Source: a virus
Taxonomy: Duplodnaviria; Caudoviricetes
DNA: 64,000 nt
Strand: one strand, 5' to 3'
Virus record (IMG/VR): IMGVR_UViG_3300021387_001337
Location: 6,483 to 70,482 of that record
Position 1 is the first letter of the stretch. Each line of letters starts with the position of its first letter. The translations under genes were made by a program, and so were the position numbers. Shown here in pieces: positions 30,544 through 39,513 of the stretch. The notes beneath the pieces are model-generated. The model was not told where the DNA came from, did not search any database, and worked only from the letters and a program-made list of their open reading frames with translations.

Positions 30544-31110
30544 TTAGTCAACTATTTCAAATTTGTGAATGTAGATGAAGTTCTCACATTCATCTCCTGT
30601 AGCTTCATAGTCAGCATTCCAAGCTTCCACTTCTTCCTCTGATTTAACTCCATACTTCTCATTGAGCCACTTGTACATAGCTTCTTCAGTACTAAAATAC
30701 TCAGATTGATAGATGTCATCTTGTGCTGTATCTACCCAATATCTCTCAGGAAAATACTTACCCTCCTTATCATTGGTGCAATAAACCTCACATCCAGGTT
30801 CTTCTACAATCCAATAAACCTTAATATCAGGAAACTTCTGTATGAGTAATTCTTCAAAGTTTTGTAATCCCCGCCTCTCTTCAGCGTAGAATCTAAGTAC
30901 TCCATCTTTTAAAGTAGGCTCTTCAGAGATTTCTCCTCTAAGCCTCTTATCCTCTAACTCATCTTCTGTAAAGCCGAGATTTATACAAGTCTGATACTCC
31001 TCCCAGTGTTTCTTATCACTGTGAATTGCTAAACAAATAGCCCCAAGAATCTCTGTAAGGCTCTTTTCACTTCCTTCGATGGCATAAGCCACACTTGCCA
31101 TATTTGCCAT
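30544..31110 (-). CDS. Hypothetical acidic protein
   Basis: ORF in the co-oriented early block. Confidence 0.75.
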   Translation of the reverse strand: MANMASVAYAIEGSEKSLTEILGAICLAIHSDKKHWEEYQTCINLGFTEDELEDKRLRGEISEEPTLKDGVLRFYAEERRGLQNFEELLIQKFPDIKVYWIVEEPGCEVYCTNDKEGKYFPERYWVDTAQDDIYQSEYFSTEEAMYKWLNEKYGVKSEEEVEAWNADYEATGDECENFIYIHKFEIVD

Positions 31111-31122
31111 AGTTATTCTTCA

Positions 31123-31317
31123 TTAGATTTTTTTCTTTGGTATCTCCATATATTCTGCTGTAATCTTCAGACTAGTCCAGAAGAGTTGCTCACAGTAGTC
31201 ATTACCTAGTTTCTTAGCTAGATATTCCATAGTCTCATCTGATACTTCTGAAGTATCAAAACCTAATTCCTCCAAGTCTTCTCTTGAGACTTCAGATATT
31301 ACAAATGATTCTTTCAT
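31123..31317 (-). CDS. Hypothetical protein
   Basis: ORF overlapping its upstream neighbour (ATGA). Confidence 0.7.
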   Translation of the reverse strand: MKESFVISEVSREDLEELGFDTSEVSDETMEYLAKKLGNDYCEQLFWTSLKITAEYMEIPKKKI

Positions 31318-31727
31318 AGAGTTATTTCTTTATTAATCCCACATAGTTTAAGTACATGCTGAAGCTCATGGATATACTTCATTTTAATAAGAGGGTCATC
31401 TTCTATGAAAAGATAGTTCTCATCCTTTTTGATAATCCATACAAAATTCCACTTCTTACCATTAGCATCTATTTGGTAATAAAACGTATCCTCCCTACCA
31501 AATTCTAGCTGGTACTCTTTATTAAGAGGAAAGTTTCTTTCTACCAACTCCTTTGTTAAATGAAGAGGGTAGCATTCAGATGGTCTAAGATAATACATTC
31601 TATTTTCATTAGGCTCTGCATGATAGCCTATCTTCTTTCTGGTTATCTGCTCTACCTGAAAGGGAAAGGCATTGAACCTTCCCTTATAGTAAAGCCAGTC
31701 CTTTCTTTGTAAATCTTCTGTTCTCAT
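31314..31727 (-). CDS. Hypothetical phage protein (YopX-like layout)
   Basis: C-terminal KYIHELQHVLKLCG. Confidence 0.6.
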   Translation of the reverse strand: MRTEDLQRKDWLYYKGRFNAFPFQVEQITRKKIGYHAEPNENRMYYLRPSECYPLHLTKELVERNFPLNKEYQLEFGREDTFYYQIDANGKKWNFVWIIKKDENYLFIEDDPLIKMKYIHELQHVLKLCGINKEITL

Positions 31728-31876
31728 GTATCTTCTCTTAATTTACCATTACACCTTTCTTTTCTCTCTAATAGACTGTCAGTGTGAAGCTTGTCACAGT
31801 AGTGAAAGCCAGGAAGTTGATAGCCAGGAGAACACCATTCCCAGTATTTACAGTCATTGCAAAATGATCTAGCCAT
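31724..31876 (-). CDS. 50 aa Cys-rich protein (not in the ORF track)
   Basis: MARSFCNDCKYWEWCSPG...HYCDK...RC; fills the gap and is ATGA-coupled. Confidence 0.6.
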   Translation of the reverse strand: MARSFCNDCKYWEWCSPGYQLPGFHYCDKLHTDSLLERKERCNGKLREDT

Positions 31877-31878
31877 AC

Positions 31879-32085
31879 TTATCTCTTTCTTTTAGTACTA
31901 TGCCCTATATGCCATTGGCCGCAGTCTCTACACACATAAGGATGGTATTTATTCTTATTGATACGATGCTTCTCTATATAATTCAAAGCTTCGGCAAGAG
32001 TCTTGAACTGCAACTTTGGAACCATCTTACCATGTTTGACAGTCCAATGCTGCTTCAAGCCTCTTGCTATTGCTTGTCCCTTCAT
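31879..32085 (-). CDS. Small zinc-ribbon-like protein
   Basis: YVCRDCGQWHIGH. Confidence 0.7.
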   Translation of the reverse strand: MKGQAIARGLKQHWTVKHGKMVPKLQFKTLAEALNYIEKHRINKNKYHPYVCRDCGQWHIGHSTKRKR

Positions 32086-32366
32086 CTTAGTTTAACTTTT
32101 TTCAGTGTGTACTGATAATATTCTTCCATCATCTCACCAGAGTTCTCATGTTGCCATGTTACACCAGTATAATAGCCACACCAGCTTCTTTCATCTCCTT
32201 TGTGATAATTTCTAAAGACTTTATTCTTGCCTCTAAGGTTGCTTTCAATATATTCCTTAGCAGCTTTTCTAGTCTTGAAGTTCTCCTGAGCAATCAGCTC
32301 AAACTTATCTTCTAAATCACCTCTGACCCAATCTTTGTCATGGTGATGTACTGTTACTGTATACAT
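32082..32366 (-). CDS. Hypothetical protein
   Basis: Coupled ORF. Confidence 0.7.
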   Translation of the reverse strand: MYTVTVHHHDKDWVRGDLEDKFELIAQENFKTRKAAKEYIESNLRGKNKVFRNYHKGDERSWCGYYTGVTWQHENSGEMMEEYYQYTLKKVKLR

Positions 32367-32506
32367 AATTCTGATCTTTTTTGTTCCTGTTTGAAATACT
32401 CCTGCTGTTCTTGAGTAGTGTTATTTACCCATTCTTCAGCATACTTTTGATACTTCGCATGATTATTTTTTCTAAATCTTTGAAGCATGTAGTCTCTAAT
32501 ATTCAT
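32354..32506 (-). CDS. Small hypothetical protein
   Basis: Start refined to ATG 32506 (MNIRDYMLQRF). Confidence 0.6.
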   Translation of the reverse strand: MNIRDYMLQRFRKNNHAKYQKYAEEWVNNTTQEQQEYFKQEQKRSELCIQ

Positions 32507-32507
32507 A

Positions 32508-33005
32508 TTACTTATCACTAATATCTCCAGTGTCTTTTGCTTCAATGCCAATATCCTTCTTATGACATTGTATCAAGAGAGAAGCAAGAGATTCAATAGG
32601 ATACTCAAATTCAGCATAAATGTAATTTTCATTATATTCTCCCTGCTGTAACTGGGGGTCATAGTCCTTAGTCTTTAAGGCATAGTAGAACATATAGAAA
32701 GGGGCATCTTTACAGAACTTTAGTCCTCCTGAAAACGGCTTACCATCAATAGTAGGATATATCCATTCATGAAGCTTATAGAGTAGTTCTGAGACTGTGT
32801 AGGTTGGAATGTTATCAGTTATCTTATCTAACCAGTTCTCTCTTTCATGTAGTCTAGGGCTTAATATAATATAGTCCATTCCTGTCTTTGAAACAGTAAT
32901 TATTCTATACTTAGCATCAGACATATCTACTCCTACATCCAGGAGCCTCTGAACCCACTCCCTATTAAGGAAGTCCTGTTGGGTTTTCTTGTTTAGTTCA
33001 ATCAT
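32508..33005 (-). CDS. Hypothetical protein
   Basis: ORF in block. Confidence 0.7.
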   Translation of the reverse strand: MIELNKKTQQDFLNREWVQRLLDVGVDMSDAKYRIITVSKTGMDYIILSPRLHERENWLDKITDNIPTYTVSELLYKLHEWIYPTIDGKPFSGGLKFCKDAPFYMFYYALKTKDYDPQLQQGEYNENYIYAEFEYPIESLASLLIQCHKKDIGIEAKDTGDISDK

Positions 33006-33006
33006 A

Positions 33007-33345
33007 TCACTTTAGCATTTTATACATTCTCATGAACCCTTCATTCTCTTCAATATCTTGAAATCCAAGCTTATGATAGAAAGCCATTAACCAATCTGTC
33101 TGAGCAGAGTTTAAGTCAATCCTGAAGATGTCATGCTTCTGACAATAGTTAATGCACTCTTCCATCAGACAGAATCCTATATGTCTTTTTCTTTCTTCTG
33201 GGATTACAGATAGTCCTGAAATGTAGCAGACTCCAGGATTATTCTTTTCAAAGGACATATCTACAGTTCCTGCTCCAACTGCATATATAAGAGTTACTGT
33301 TTTGCCCCAAGGCCATTCATTCTCATGTACTACCATAATTCCCAA
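33007..33345 (-). CDS. GNAT-family N-acetyltransferase
   Basis: Acetyl-CoA motif A ISGLSVIPEERKRHIG and AFYHKLGF. Confidence 0.85.
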   Translation of the reverse strand: MGIMVVHENEWPWGKTVTLIYAVGAGTVDMSFEKNNPGVCYISGLSVIPEERKRHIGFCLMEECINYCQKHDIFRIDLNSAQTDWLMAFYHKLGFQDIEENEGFMRMYKMLK

Positions 33346-33393
33346 TTCTTAATTACATAATTCTTAATTCTCATTAGAGCATATCTGCTAACA

Positions 33394-33642
33394 TTACTTT
33401 ATACCTGTTCCTTGAGTATCTGTAGCCCAAGTTCCTCCAGTAGTAGCTAGTCTAGGACAATTCACACAATCATGGAATGGGTTAGTGCAAGTTCCTCCAG
33501 GTTCATAGCACAAGGGCCTTGCCTGTTGTATAATAGTAGGAATATAAGTTGGAGGAGGGGCCATTTGGGGAATATCTCTCTCTACTAATAATTCAGCTAA
33601 CCTCTCTTTAGACAGCTTCATGTAGTCTTCTTTAGTCATCAT
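33394..33642 (-). CDS. Hypothetical Pro/Cys-rich protein
   Basis: CYEPGGTCTNPFHDCVNCP. Confidence 0.65.
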   Translation of the reverse strand: MMTKEDYMKLSKERLAELLVERDIPQMAPPPTYIPTIIQQARPLCYEPGGTCTNPFHDCVNCPRLATTGGTWATDTQGTGIK

Positions 33643-33769
33643 AATAACTTCTTTTTAAGTTTTTCTAATTTTCAGAATCCTGTGTATTTCTTCTTGACAG
33701 CTTTTTCTACAGGGGGGGTGTTTCAGGTCTCCAATTTGATGATTTTTCAATAATGTATTTCATATAGTT

Positions 33770-34426
33770 CTACAAGTTTTCATATAACAATGTCAAGTGA
33801 TTCTTCTTCACATCAGGAACTTCTATGAATGACCCAAAGGTAGCAGCTTCAAGAGCCTTGAATCCCTTCTGAAACTCTTGGAGATTAAAAGGATGACAAA
33901 TAAGATGTAAACCATGCTTTGTAGGCATTTGGTAAACTACCTTTTCTGCATGTTTTGACTTCTGAAGGTTAATGTAGATGTGCAATTTGTTGATTGCTTC
34001 CTCAGAGTAATCTCCATCCAAGTCAATGATCCATAGGTTATTACCCGAAGGAGTATATTTACCTGAACAGGACTCAAAGATGTTGTAGAACTTCTTGTAG
34101 TCATGGGCAGCTATTCTTCTTGCTGACTCTGCTAGAGTGTCAAGAGCTACCTGACTCATAAGTTTGTAGTTCACAGAACAATAGGCTCTCATCTTTAAGA
34201 GTGTGCAGATGGATTTAATCTCCTCCTCATACTTCTCCAAGTCATGCCATGAGTAGATGTAGTAGTTCCTAAAGTGATAGTTAGCAGCAGGCATATCAGG
34301 ATTATCCTTGCCTCTGCGCATCAACTCTATCACATAGTATTTGTCAAGAGTTCCTTTCTCATTAGTGTCAGGGAGTCCACCACAAAGATTAATGAACTCC
34401 CTGTATCTCTCAAAGTTGTCTGTCAT
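33770..34426 (-). CDS. Possible AEP/prim-pol-fold protein
   Basis: WIIDLD and TKHGLHL resemble AEP motifs I and II. Confidence 0.45.
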   Translation of the reverse strand: MTDNFERYREFINLCGGLPDTNEKGTLDKYYVIELMRRGKDNPDMPAANYHFRNYYIYSWHDLEKYEEEIKSICTLLKMRAYCSVNYKLMSQVALDTLAESARRIAAHDYKKFYNIFESCSGKYTPSGNNLWIIDLDGDYSEEAINKLHIYINLQKSKHAEKVVYQMPTKHGLHLICHPFNLQEFQKGFKALEAATFGSFIEVPDVKKNHLTLLYENL

Positions 34427-34428
34427 AA

Positions 34429-34767
34429 TTAAGTTTCCATATCTTTTTTAAATACATACTCTGCAAGCATATAATCTGCTCCAAAAATACATACCTGAAG
34501 AACTACAACCTCTTCTTCTTTTGTAACATTGTAGGAATTTCCCCATTTTTCATTACTGTCGTCATAATGAGTTTCTTGATAAGTTAATTTTGGAACTTCT
34601 CTAGGATCTGTTGGAAATAACTTCCGTTCTATTTCAGAACCTCTTTGGAAGCGAATAAATCTACTTACAGGATTGGATTTTTGAATAAACCCTGATGAAG
34701 GTTGGTTCAGATTTACTTCACACTTCTGATTATTAGTATTACCTCCAATATAATATCTATTTAACAT
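34429..34767 (-). CDS. Hypothetical protein
   Basis: Start refined to ATG 34767 (MLNRYYIGG). Confidence 0.6.
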   Translation of the reverse strand: MLNRYYIGGNTNNQKCEVNLNQPSSGFIQKSNPVSRFIRFQRGSEIERKLFPTDPREVPKLTYQETHYDDSNEKWGNSYNVTKEEEVVVLQVCIFGADYMLAEYVFKKDMET

Positions 34768-34786
34768 ACTTACTCCTTCTTTTGTT

Positions 34787-35143
34787 TTACTTGCAATATT
34801 GACCAAACATAGGACTGAACATAGATTGTTCCATATAGCAAATAGGAGAGTTAATGTCCTTGAACATTCTCTCCTTGGCATCTTTGGTAATACCTACAAG
34901 TCTTCCTGTTCTATAAGGATTCTTTCCTGTTTCTCCATCTCTGACTTCAATAATCATTAAACCTTGTTGGTCAATGACCTTCTGACAATCATCACACAGA
35001 CCCATTGCTACATCTTTAGGAGCCTCTACATCTCCTTTGAGTCTGCCAAACATAGCAATACCAATCTCTTTGCCACAACACTCACAATGTGTAATTGAAG
35101 GATTTACTCCATGTTTAGGAGATAGTTTTATACTATTACTCAT
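34787..35143 (-). CDS. Zinc-finger hypothetical protein
   Basis: CECC...CDDC. Confidence 0.7.
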   Translation of the reverse strand: MSNSIKLSPKHGVNPSITHCECCGKEIGIAMFGRLKGDVEAPKDVAMGLCDDCQKVIDQQGLMIIEVRDGETGKNPYRTGRLVGITKDAKERMFKDINSPICYMEQSMFSPMFGQYCK

Positions 35144-35931
35144 TTTATTAAAATTCTTATAATTGATTTTACTTTATGCACATATCCTTCAGTCATCTCA
35201 ATAATATTAATGTCTTTATTCTTGGAAAGACTATAGATGAGGAGAGGGTTATGAATAACTGCTATAAGTTGAGTCTGAGGTTTGTGAAAGCTAAGGATAG
35301 ACTTAATATGCCCAATGTTGTCAAGAGAAAGATTCCTGTCTGGCTCATCCATAAGGATAGTTATTTCCTTCTTTTCCTCAGTAGGTTTGATTCTATGTTC
35401 TTTCACATAATCTATGTAAGCAGCATACCTTTCTTTGCGCCAATCATTTAGTTTAGGAAATGACAAAGAAGCTTTCCCAGAGAACATTAGATTCCAAAGA
35501 TTATTGATAGCAGTAGTAACACCTTCTCCTGTAGAGGAGTGTATCATTGTACCAAGAGTACCAAAGTTCTCAAAGCTTTGAAGTCCTATGCCTGACTCTC
35601 CCTTATACTCCTCAGGATGTGCCATTCTAAAGACGTTGGTTGCATAGTCAGCATAAACATCCACACCATCAGTCATTTCTTCACTTTTCAGATTATAATC
35701 ATCAAATAGTTTGGCTACATTCTTTTCTTCACATTGCTGTTGGCCTACTAATAGATACCTTTGAATTAACTTCATCAGAGTAGTCTTACCACAGCCATTC
35801 TCTCCAACAATGAGATTAACTCCTGGTTTGAAGACATACTCCATACCATTCTGGAAGTTATCCAAGTCAGAGAGATACTGCAAAGGAGCTTTCTCATTAT
35901 CTTTGATTACTACTTTATAAACCATATTCAA
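35140..35931 (-). CDS. Stand-alone ABC-type ATPase
   Basis: Walker A GENGCGKT, Walker B ILMDEP, H-loop VIHNP. Confidence 0.85.
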   Translation of the reverse strand: MNMVYKVVIKDNEKAPLQYLSDLDNFQNGMEYVFKPGVNLIVGENGCGKTTLMKLIQRYLLVGQQQCEEKNVAKLFDDYNLKSEEMTDGVDVYADYATNVFRMAHPEEYKGESGIGLQSFENFGTLGTMIHSSTGEGVTTAINNLWNLMFSGKASLSFPKLNDWRKERYAAYIDYVKEHRIKPTEEKKEITILMDEPDRNLSLDNIGHIKSILSFHKPQTQLIAVIHNPLLIYSLSKNKDINIIEMTEGYVHKVKSIIRILIK

Positions 35932-36533
35932 CTAAATTCTGTAAATCCAGCAAATCTTAAACCATCTGAATAGAAGTCTGAGTTAGTGTAGGAAGTAAAC
36001 TTATATCCTTCTTGTCTTAGCAAATCAGTAAGTTCTCCTGTTACAGGGTACGGAGTATAGGTACTATGTTCTCTTTTATACTTTTCATAACTAGCTGCAT
36101 CCCATCCATCAGACTGCCCCCATTCAAGAGCATCTTTCCAGAACTCTTCCTTATCTTGCTTTTCTCTATACTCATCAAAAACAATTACATCATCTCTGAA
36201 TATAAAGTCATGAAGCCCTTGTTTAGTAAGAGGATAGAGATACTTAGGAATGCTTGGGTCAGGAACATATCTTCTGCCTGTAAGACTATCTTCCAAATGT
36301 CCTTGCCTGATGGCAAATACATTAGGGTTCCAAAGGAATTTCCATCCGTGTGATAGCTTACCAAGATGTACTTTTCCTCCAATGATTTCATTGTCATCAT
36401 CCAGTTGTATAGAGTCATACATTTCTGTTTTTAGTCTACTAATCAAACTAAAATCATCAGCCTCTATAGCATCATGAAGTTCCTTCTTTCTTTTCTTTGA
36501 AGGTATGATATATGCAAAGTAATTGATACCCAT
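35928..36533 (-). CDS. Hypothetical protein
   Basis: Coupled ORF. Confidence 0.75.
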   Translation of the reverse strand: MGINYFAYIIPSKKRKKELHDAIEADDFSLISRLKTEMYDSIQLDDDNEIIGGKVHLGKLSHGWKFLWNPNVFAIRQGHLEDSLTGRRYVPDPSIPKYLYPLTKQGLHDFIFRDDVIVFDEYREKQDKEEFWKDALEWGQSDGWDAASYEKYKREHSTYTPYPVTGELTDLLRQEGYKFTSYTNSDFYSDGLRFAGFTEFS

Positions 36534-36534
36534 A

Positions 36535-37092
36535 TCACATTAATACATTACAATATTCTTCTCTTGCTAAATTATATCCCTGAGAATCTATAAAACCACA
36601 AGACTTTAATTCAGGACACATACCTCTATAAATACAAGAAGGAACACACGCTGTTGCAAGTATAGGCTCTTGTTCATAGAGTAGATTAATCACTTGCTGC
36701 CAAGTACTTCTTGTTTCCTTTTCTGCATGTGTGCACAATCTAACTTTAGATATATTGATAATCTCTTGAGCATTGAGAAACAACCTCATATTATATAGGT
36801 CATCCATCCTTTGGGCATGTCTAGAAGGAAGCTCTTTGATAATGTCATGCCTGCCTGTAGATACAAATGGCTGTGCATGAATATGCCTTACCAAATGATC
36901 TGAAACAAATCTAGGAATATCATATAAGTCAATGTTAAACATCAGACATCTTAGAGGAGAATGCTCTGCTTTGACCATCTTCCTTTTAAAATCATCAGAG
37001 GGCTCCTTATCCAAGGGAGTCTTTCTTTGAGTAAACCTTGCTGCATTAAGCACATCAGTCCACGATGTAACTTTAGTTATCTGTATTTCCAT
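36535..37092 (-). CDS. thyX: Flavin-dependent thymidylate synthase-like protein
   Basis: KAEHSPLR, HLVRH...STGRHD, CVPSCIYRGMCPE. Confidence 0.75.
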   Translation of the reverse strand: MEIQITKVTSWTDVLNAARFTQRKTPLDKEPSDDFKRKMVKAEHSPLRCLMFNIDLYDIPRFVSDHLVRHIHAQPFVSTGRHDIIKELPSRHAQRMDDLYNMRLFLNAQEIINISKVRLCTHAEKETRSTWQQVINLLYEQEPILATACVPSCIYRGMCPELKSCGFIDSQGYNLAREEYCNVLM

Positions 37093-37267
37093 TACTTAAT
37101 ATTTCTTTATGAAATGTTATATTACCCGTTCCAAACATCCATTGACAATCATTGGCATTATGTCCAAGCTCATCAAGGAGTTCATCCATATCAGGCTCAT
37201 ACCCATACTATACAGGATAGATGTCTACGTCTCCTGTATTGAAATCTAGAATTGTTAAATGCTCCAT
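37073..37267 (-). pseudogene. 64-codon ORF with one in-frame TAG at 37208-37210
   Basis: MEHLTILDFNTGDVDIYPV*YGYEPDMDELLDELGHNANDCQWMFG...; fills the gap exactly in a gene-dense block. Confidence 0.55.
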
Positions 37268-37269
37268 AA

Positions 37270-37410
37270 TCAATCATAGTCATCATAGTTGCACTCAGGT
37301 TCACGAGGATCTACTGTACAGTCCCTATCATTACAATAATTTCTAATACTTCCATCAGGTCTCTTCTCTTCACGAAAATAACCACATCTATAACAACTTG
37401 TATAATGCAT
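37270..37410 (-). CDS. 46 aa Cys-rich protein (not in the ORF track)
   Basis: MHYTSCYRCGYF...NYCNDRDC...EC. Confidence 0.55.
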   Translation of the reverse strand: MHYTSCYRCGYFREEKRPDGSIRNYCNDRDCTVDPREPECNYDDYD

Positions 37411-37412
37411 AA

Positions 37413-37835
37413 TTAATTCTTTTTAGTTTTACTTTCAACAAAATCCTTCCAATGATAAAAGGCATTATTACATAATCTGAAAATAGTACCAAGCAGATAA
37501 CAGAAAGGCTCCTGGTCATCATAGTCTACATGAGCACCTACATACTTAAATACCTCAAGAGTTACATGCCCAGCTTCATGAGCAAGATAAGAACCTCTTA
37601 CTTCTTCTGTCTTAGGAATCCATATTAAGCAAGCGGCATCATTGGTCTTTTTATTCCTTACTTGGTAAGTTGCAGCAGGATTATCACCAGGAAAAGCAAT
37701 ATGATTATACTGCTCATCATAGGGCTTATAAAACCTGTTGATTTCTTTTTCTAAATCTCCTATTGCAATAATAAGCTGTACTGGATAAACTACTAAATTA
37801 AACTCTTGAAGAATTCCCTTTTCATTTAGTATCAT
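37413..37835 (-). CDS. HExxH zincin-like protein (paralog of 39510-39941)
   Basis: LAHEAGH...QEPFCYLLG. Confidence 0.7.
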   Translation of the reverse strand: MILNEKGILQEFNLVVYPVQLIIAIGDLEKEINRFYKPYDEQYNHIAFPGDNPAATYQVRNKKTNDAACLIWIPKTEEVRGSYLAHEAGHVTLEVFKYVGAHVDYDDQEPFCYLLGTIFRLCNNAFYHWKDFVESKTKKN

Positions 37836-38079
37836 ACTCTTCTCTTAACATTTCTATTGGTGTGACATTTTCAAAAGCCCCACAATGAGGACAATGAAAG
37901 ACATAACATTCAATATCTCCATCTTTGTCTAGTCTTTTATATTGATACTTCATTCTATGATTACAGTATGGACATTTTCTGAAATACTTGAAATGAATCC
38001 ATCCTGGTAATATATCCAAGAATATAGCAATAACAATAATTGCAAGGATAATAATAACTAACAAAATAAAAGTCATCAT
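37822..38079 (-). CDS. Membrane-anchored zinc-ribbon protein
   Basis: N-terminal hydrophobic helix; CPYC...CPHC. Confidence 0.7.
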   Translation of the reverse strand: MMTFILLVIIILAIIVIAIFLDILPGWIHFKYFRKCPYCNHRMKYQYKRLDKDGDIECYVFHCPHCGAFENVTPIEMLREEYDTK

Positions 38080-38082
38080 ACC

Positions 38083-38535
38083 TTAATTCTCCACATATTC
38101 AGTCTCATCTTCTGTCCAACAGTTACATTCTTCAATTAGAGATTTGTACTTCCTGACTTGAGTAGCTGCCCATTTATGGGGTTCCTTCTTGTCTTCTTCC
38201 TCCCACTTCTTCAAGTCCTGTTCAAGGTATCCTTTAAGCATTTGAATCAGTTGAAGAGGAGTCTTATAGCCATTACTCTCATATTCTTCAGCCCAATTGG
38301 TATCTGAGGTATCTGGATCATCATGCCAAGCACTTGCATAGCATCCGCCCTCATCATCAGACTCATAATCAACTCCTTCAGCTCCTGGAATATAATTACT
38401 GGTCCATACTGAGGCAGTTCTACTAAGACTCTGAGAACAGGTTACTTCAAACTCTTCTTCTGGAACATCTGATTGGTTCCAAGGAGCATTTGGATCAAAT
38501 TCTGCACCAGCGGGATAATATCCACTTTCACGCAT
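38083..38535 (-). CDS. Hypothetical acidic protein
   Basis: GYYPAGAEFDPNAPW N-terminus. Confidence 0.7.
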   Translation of the reverse strand: MRESGYYPAGAEFDPNAPWNQSDVPEEEFEVTCSQSLSRTASVWTSNYIPGAEGVDYESDDEGGCYASAWHDDPDTSDTNWAEEYESNGYKTPLQLIQMLKGYLEQDLKKWEEEDKKEPHKWAATQVRKYKSLIEECNCWTEDETEYVEN

Positions 38536-39208
38536 ATCTAAATATAATTTTTTGATTGTTATTTTTTCTAAACTTACAACAGTCTATGATAGACTTCGGA
38601 CTAAAATGGTAATAAGAAGCAGCATCATTTACTGAATTAAAGGTTCTTATTAAAGTACCTTCTAGATCATAAGCTTCTACTTTTTTACATTTACACTTAT
38701 ATCTTTCTCTTACAGCTGCTAACCTATAATTGATAGAATCGTCATGATACAAAAAGATATAGCTGTTGATAGTATTAATTTCACTTTTACAACATTTTGA
38801 TATATTTGTAGATGGAATTTTTAGTTCATCTTCTATATCTGATATTGAGTTCCAAGATTTGATAAGATTCCCTTCTAGGTCATACTGATCTACTGCAAGA
38901 GCATGAGAGTATCTTTGATTATATAGACTAGTACACCACTCTAAATTCTCTACTCTATTATCACACTTATCATAGTTTATATGATTAACTTGGGGTAATT
39001 CATCTGGATTTGGTATAAACGCTAAAGCAACAGCTCTATGAACAAACATTTGCTTATGTTTGATATATTCAGAATTTAAATTTACTGTTAGATAGCCTTT
39101 ATAATTCACAGATGGCTTCAGTATTTTACCAAAAGGATTCTTTATTCTTCCAAGATTACTCACTGAGTAGTATTCAAATTCTGGTACAGGTTTCCAAACT
39201 TCTTCCAT
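38528..39208 (-). CDS. Free-standing NUMOD4-HNH-NUMOD1 homing endonuclease
   Basis: EVWKPV...YSVSNLGRI, VHRAVA...VNHINYDKCDNRVENLEW, two C-terminal repeats; AT-rich; start refined to ATG 39208 with TACTTTTG at 39221-39228. Confidence 0.9.
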   Translation of the reverse strand: MEEVWKPVPEFEYYSVSNLGRIKNPFGKILKPSVNYKGYLTVNLNSEYIKHKQMFVHRAVALAFIPNPDELPQVNHINYDKCDNRVENLEWCTSLYNQRYSHALAVDQYDLEGNLIKSWNSISDIEDELKIPSTNISKCCKSEINTINSYIFLYHDDSINYRLAAVRERYKCKCKKVEAYDLEGTLIRTFNSVNDAASYYHFSPKSIIDCCKFRKNNNQKIIFRYA

Positions 39209-39330
39209 ATCTTTTTTATGCAAAAGTAACAAGTATTGTTATTAAACTGTACACTCTAATAATTATACTAAGATGGGATAACTATGATTGTTAAGAAATA
39301 AAGCAGGATAATTATAATTGTCGTACATAG

Positions 39331-39513
39331 TTATTTTATAATTAATTTATTCTCTTTGATTAGCCGCAAGGCCACACAGGAATTCACTCTCAGAGGAATA
39401 CTGATGTGCCTACCTCCATTGACATAGATACAATGTGAGCCTGTCTGATGGCTGTAGGTATAACCATTTCTTCTGAGCATTTTACAGAATTCCCTATGTA
39501 TCCACTGCTTCAT
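39331..39513 (-). CDS. hicA: HicA-like protein
   Basis: LRRNGY...QTGSHCIY...ISIP matches the HicA GSH motif and size. Confidence 0.7.
   Translation of the reverse strand: MKQWIHREFCKMLRRNGYTYSHQTGSHCIYVNGGRHISIPLRVNSCVALRLIKENKLIIK

Noticed and set aside
38528-39232. HNH gene as part of a second group I intron
   Set aside because: No P/Q/R/S elements in the flanks, and the neighbouring genes are not split.
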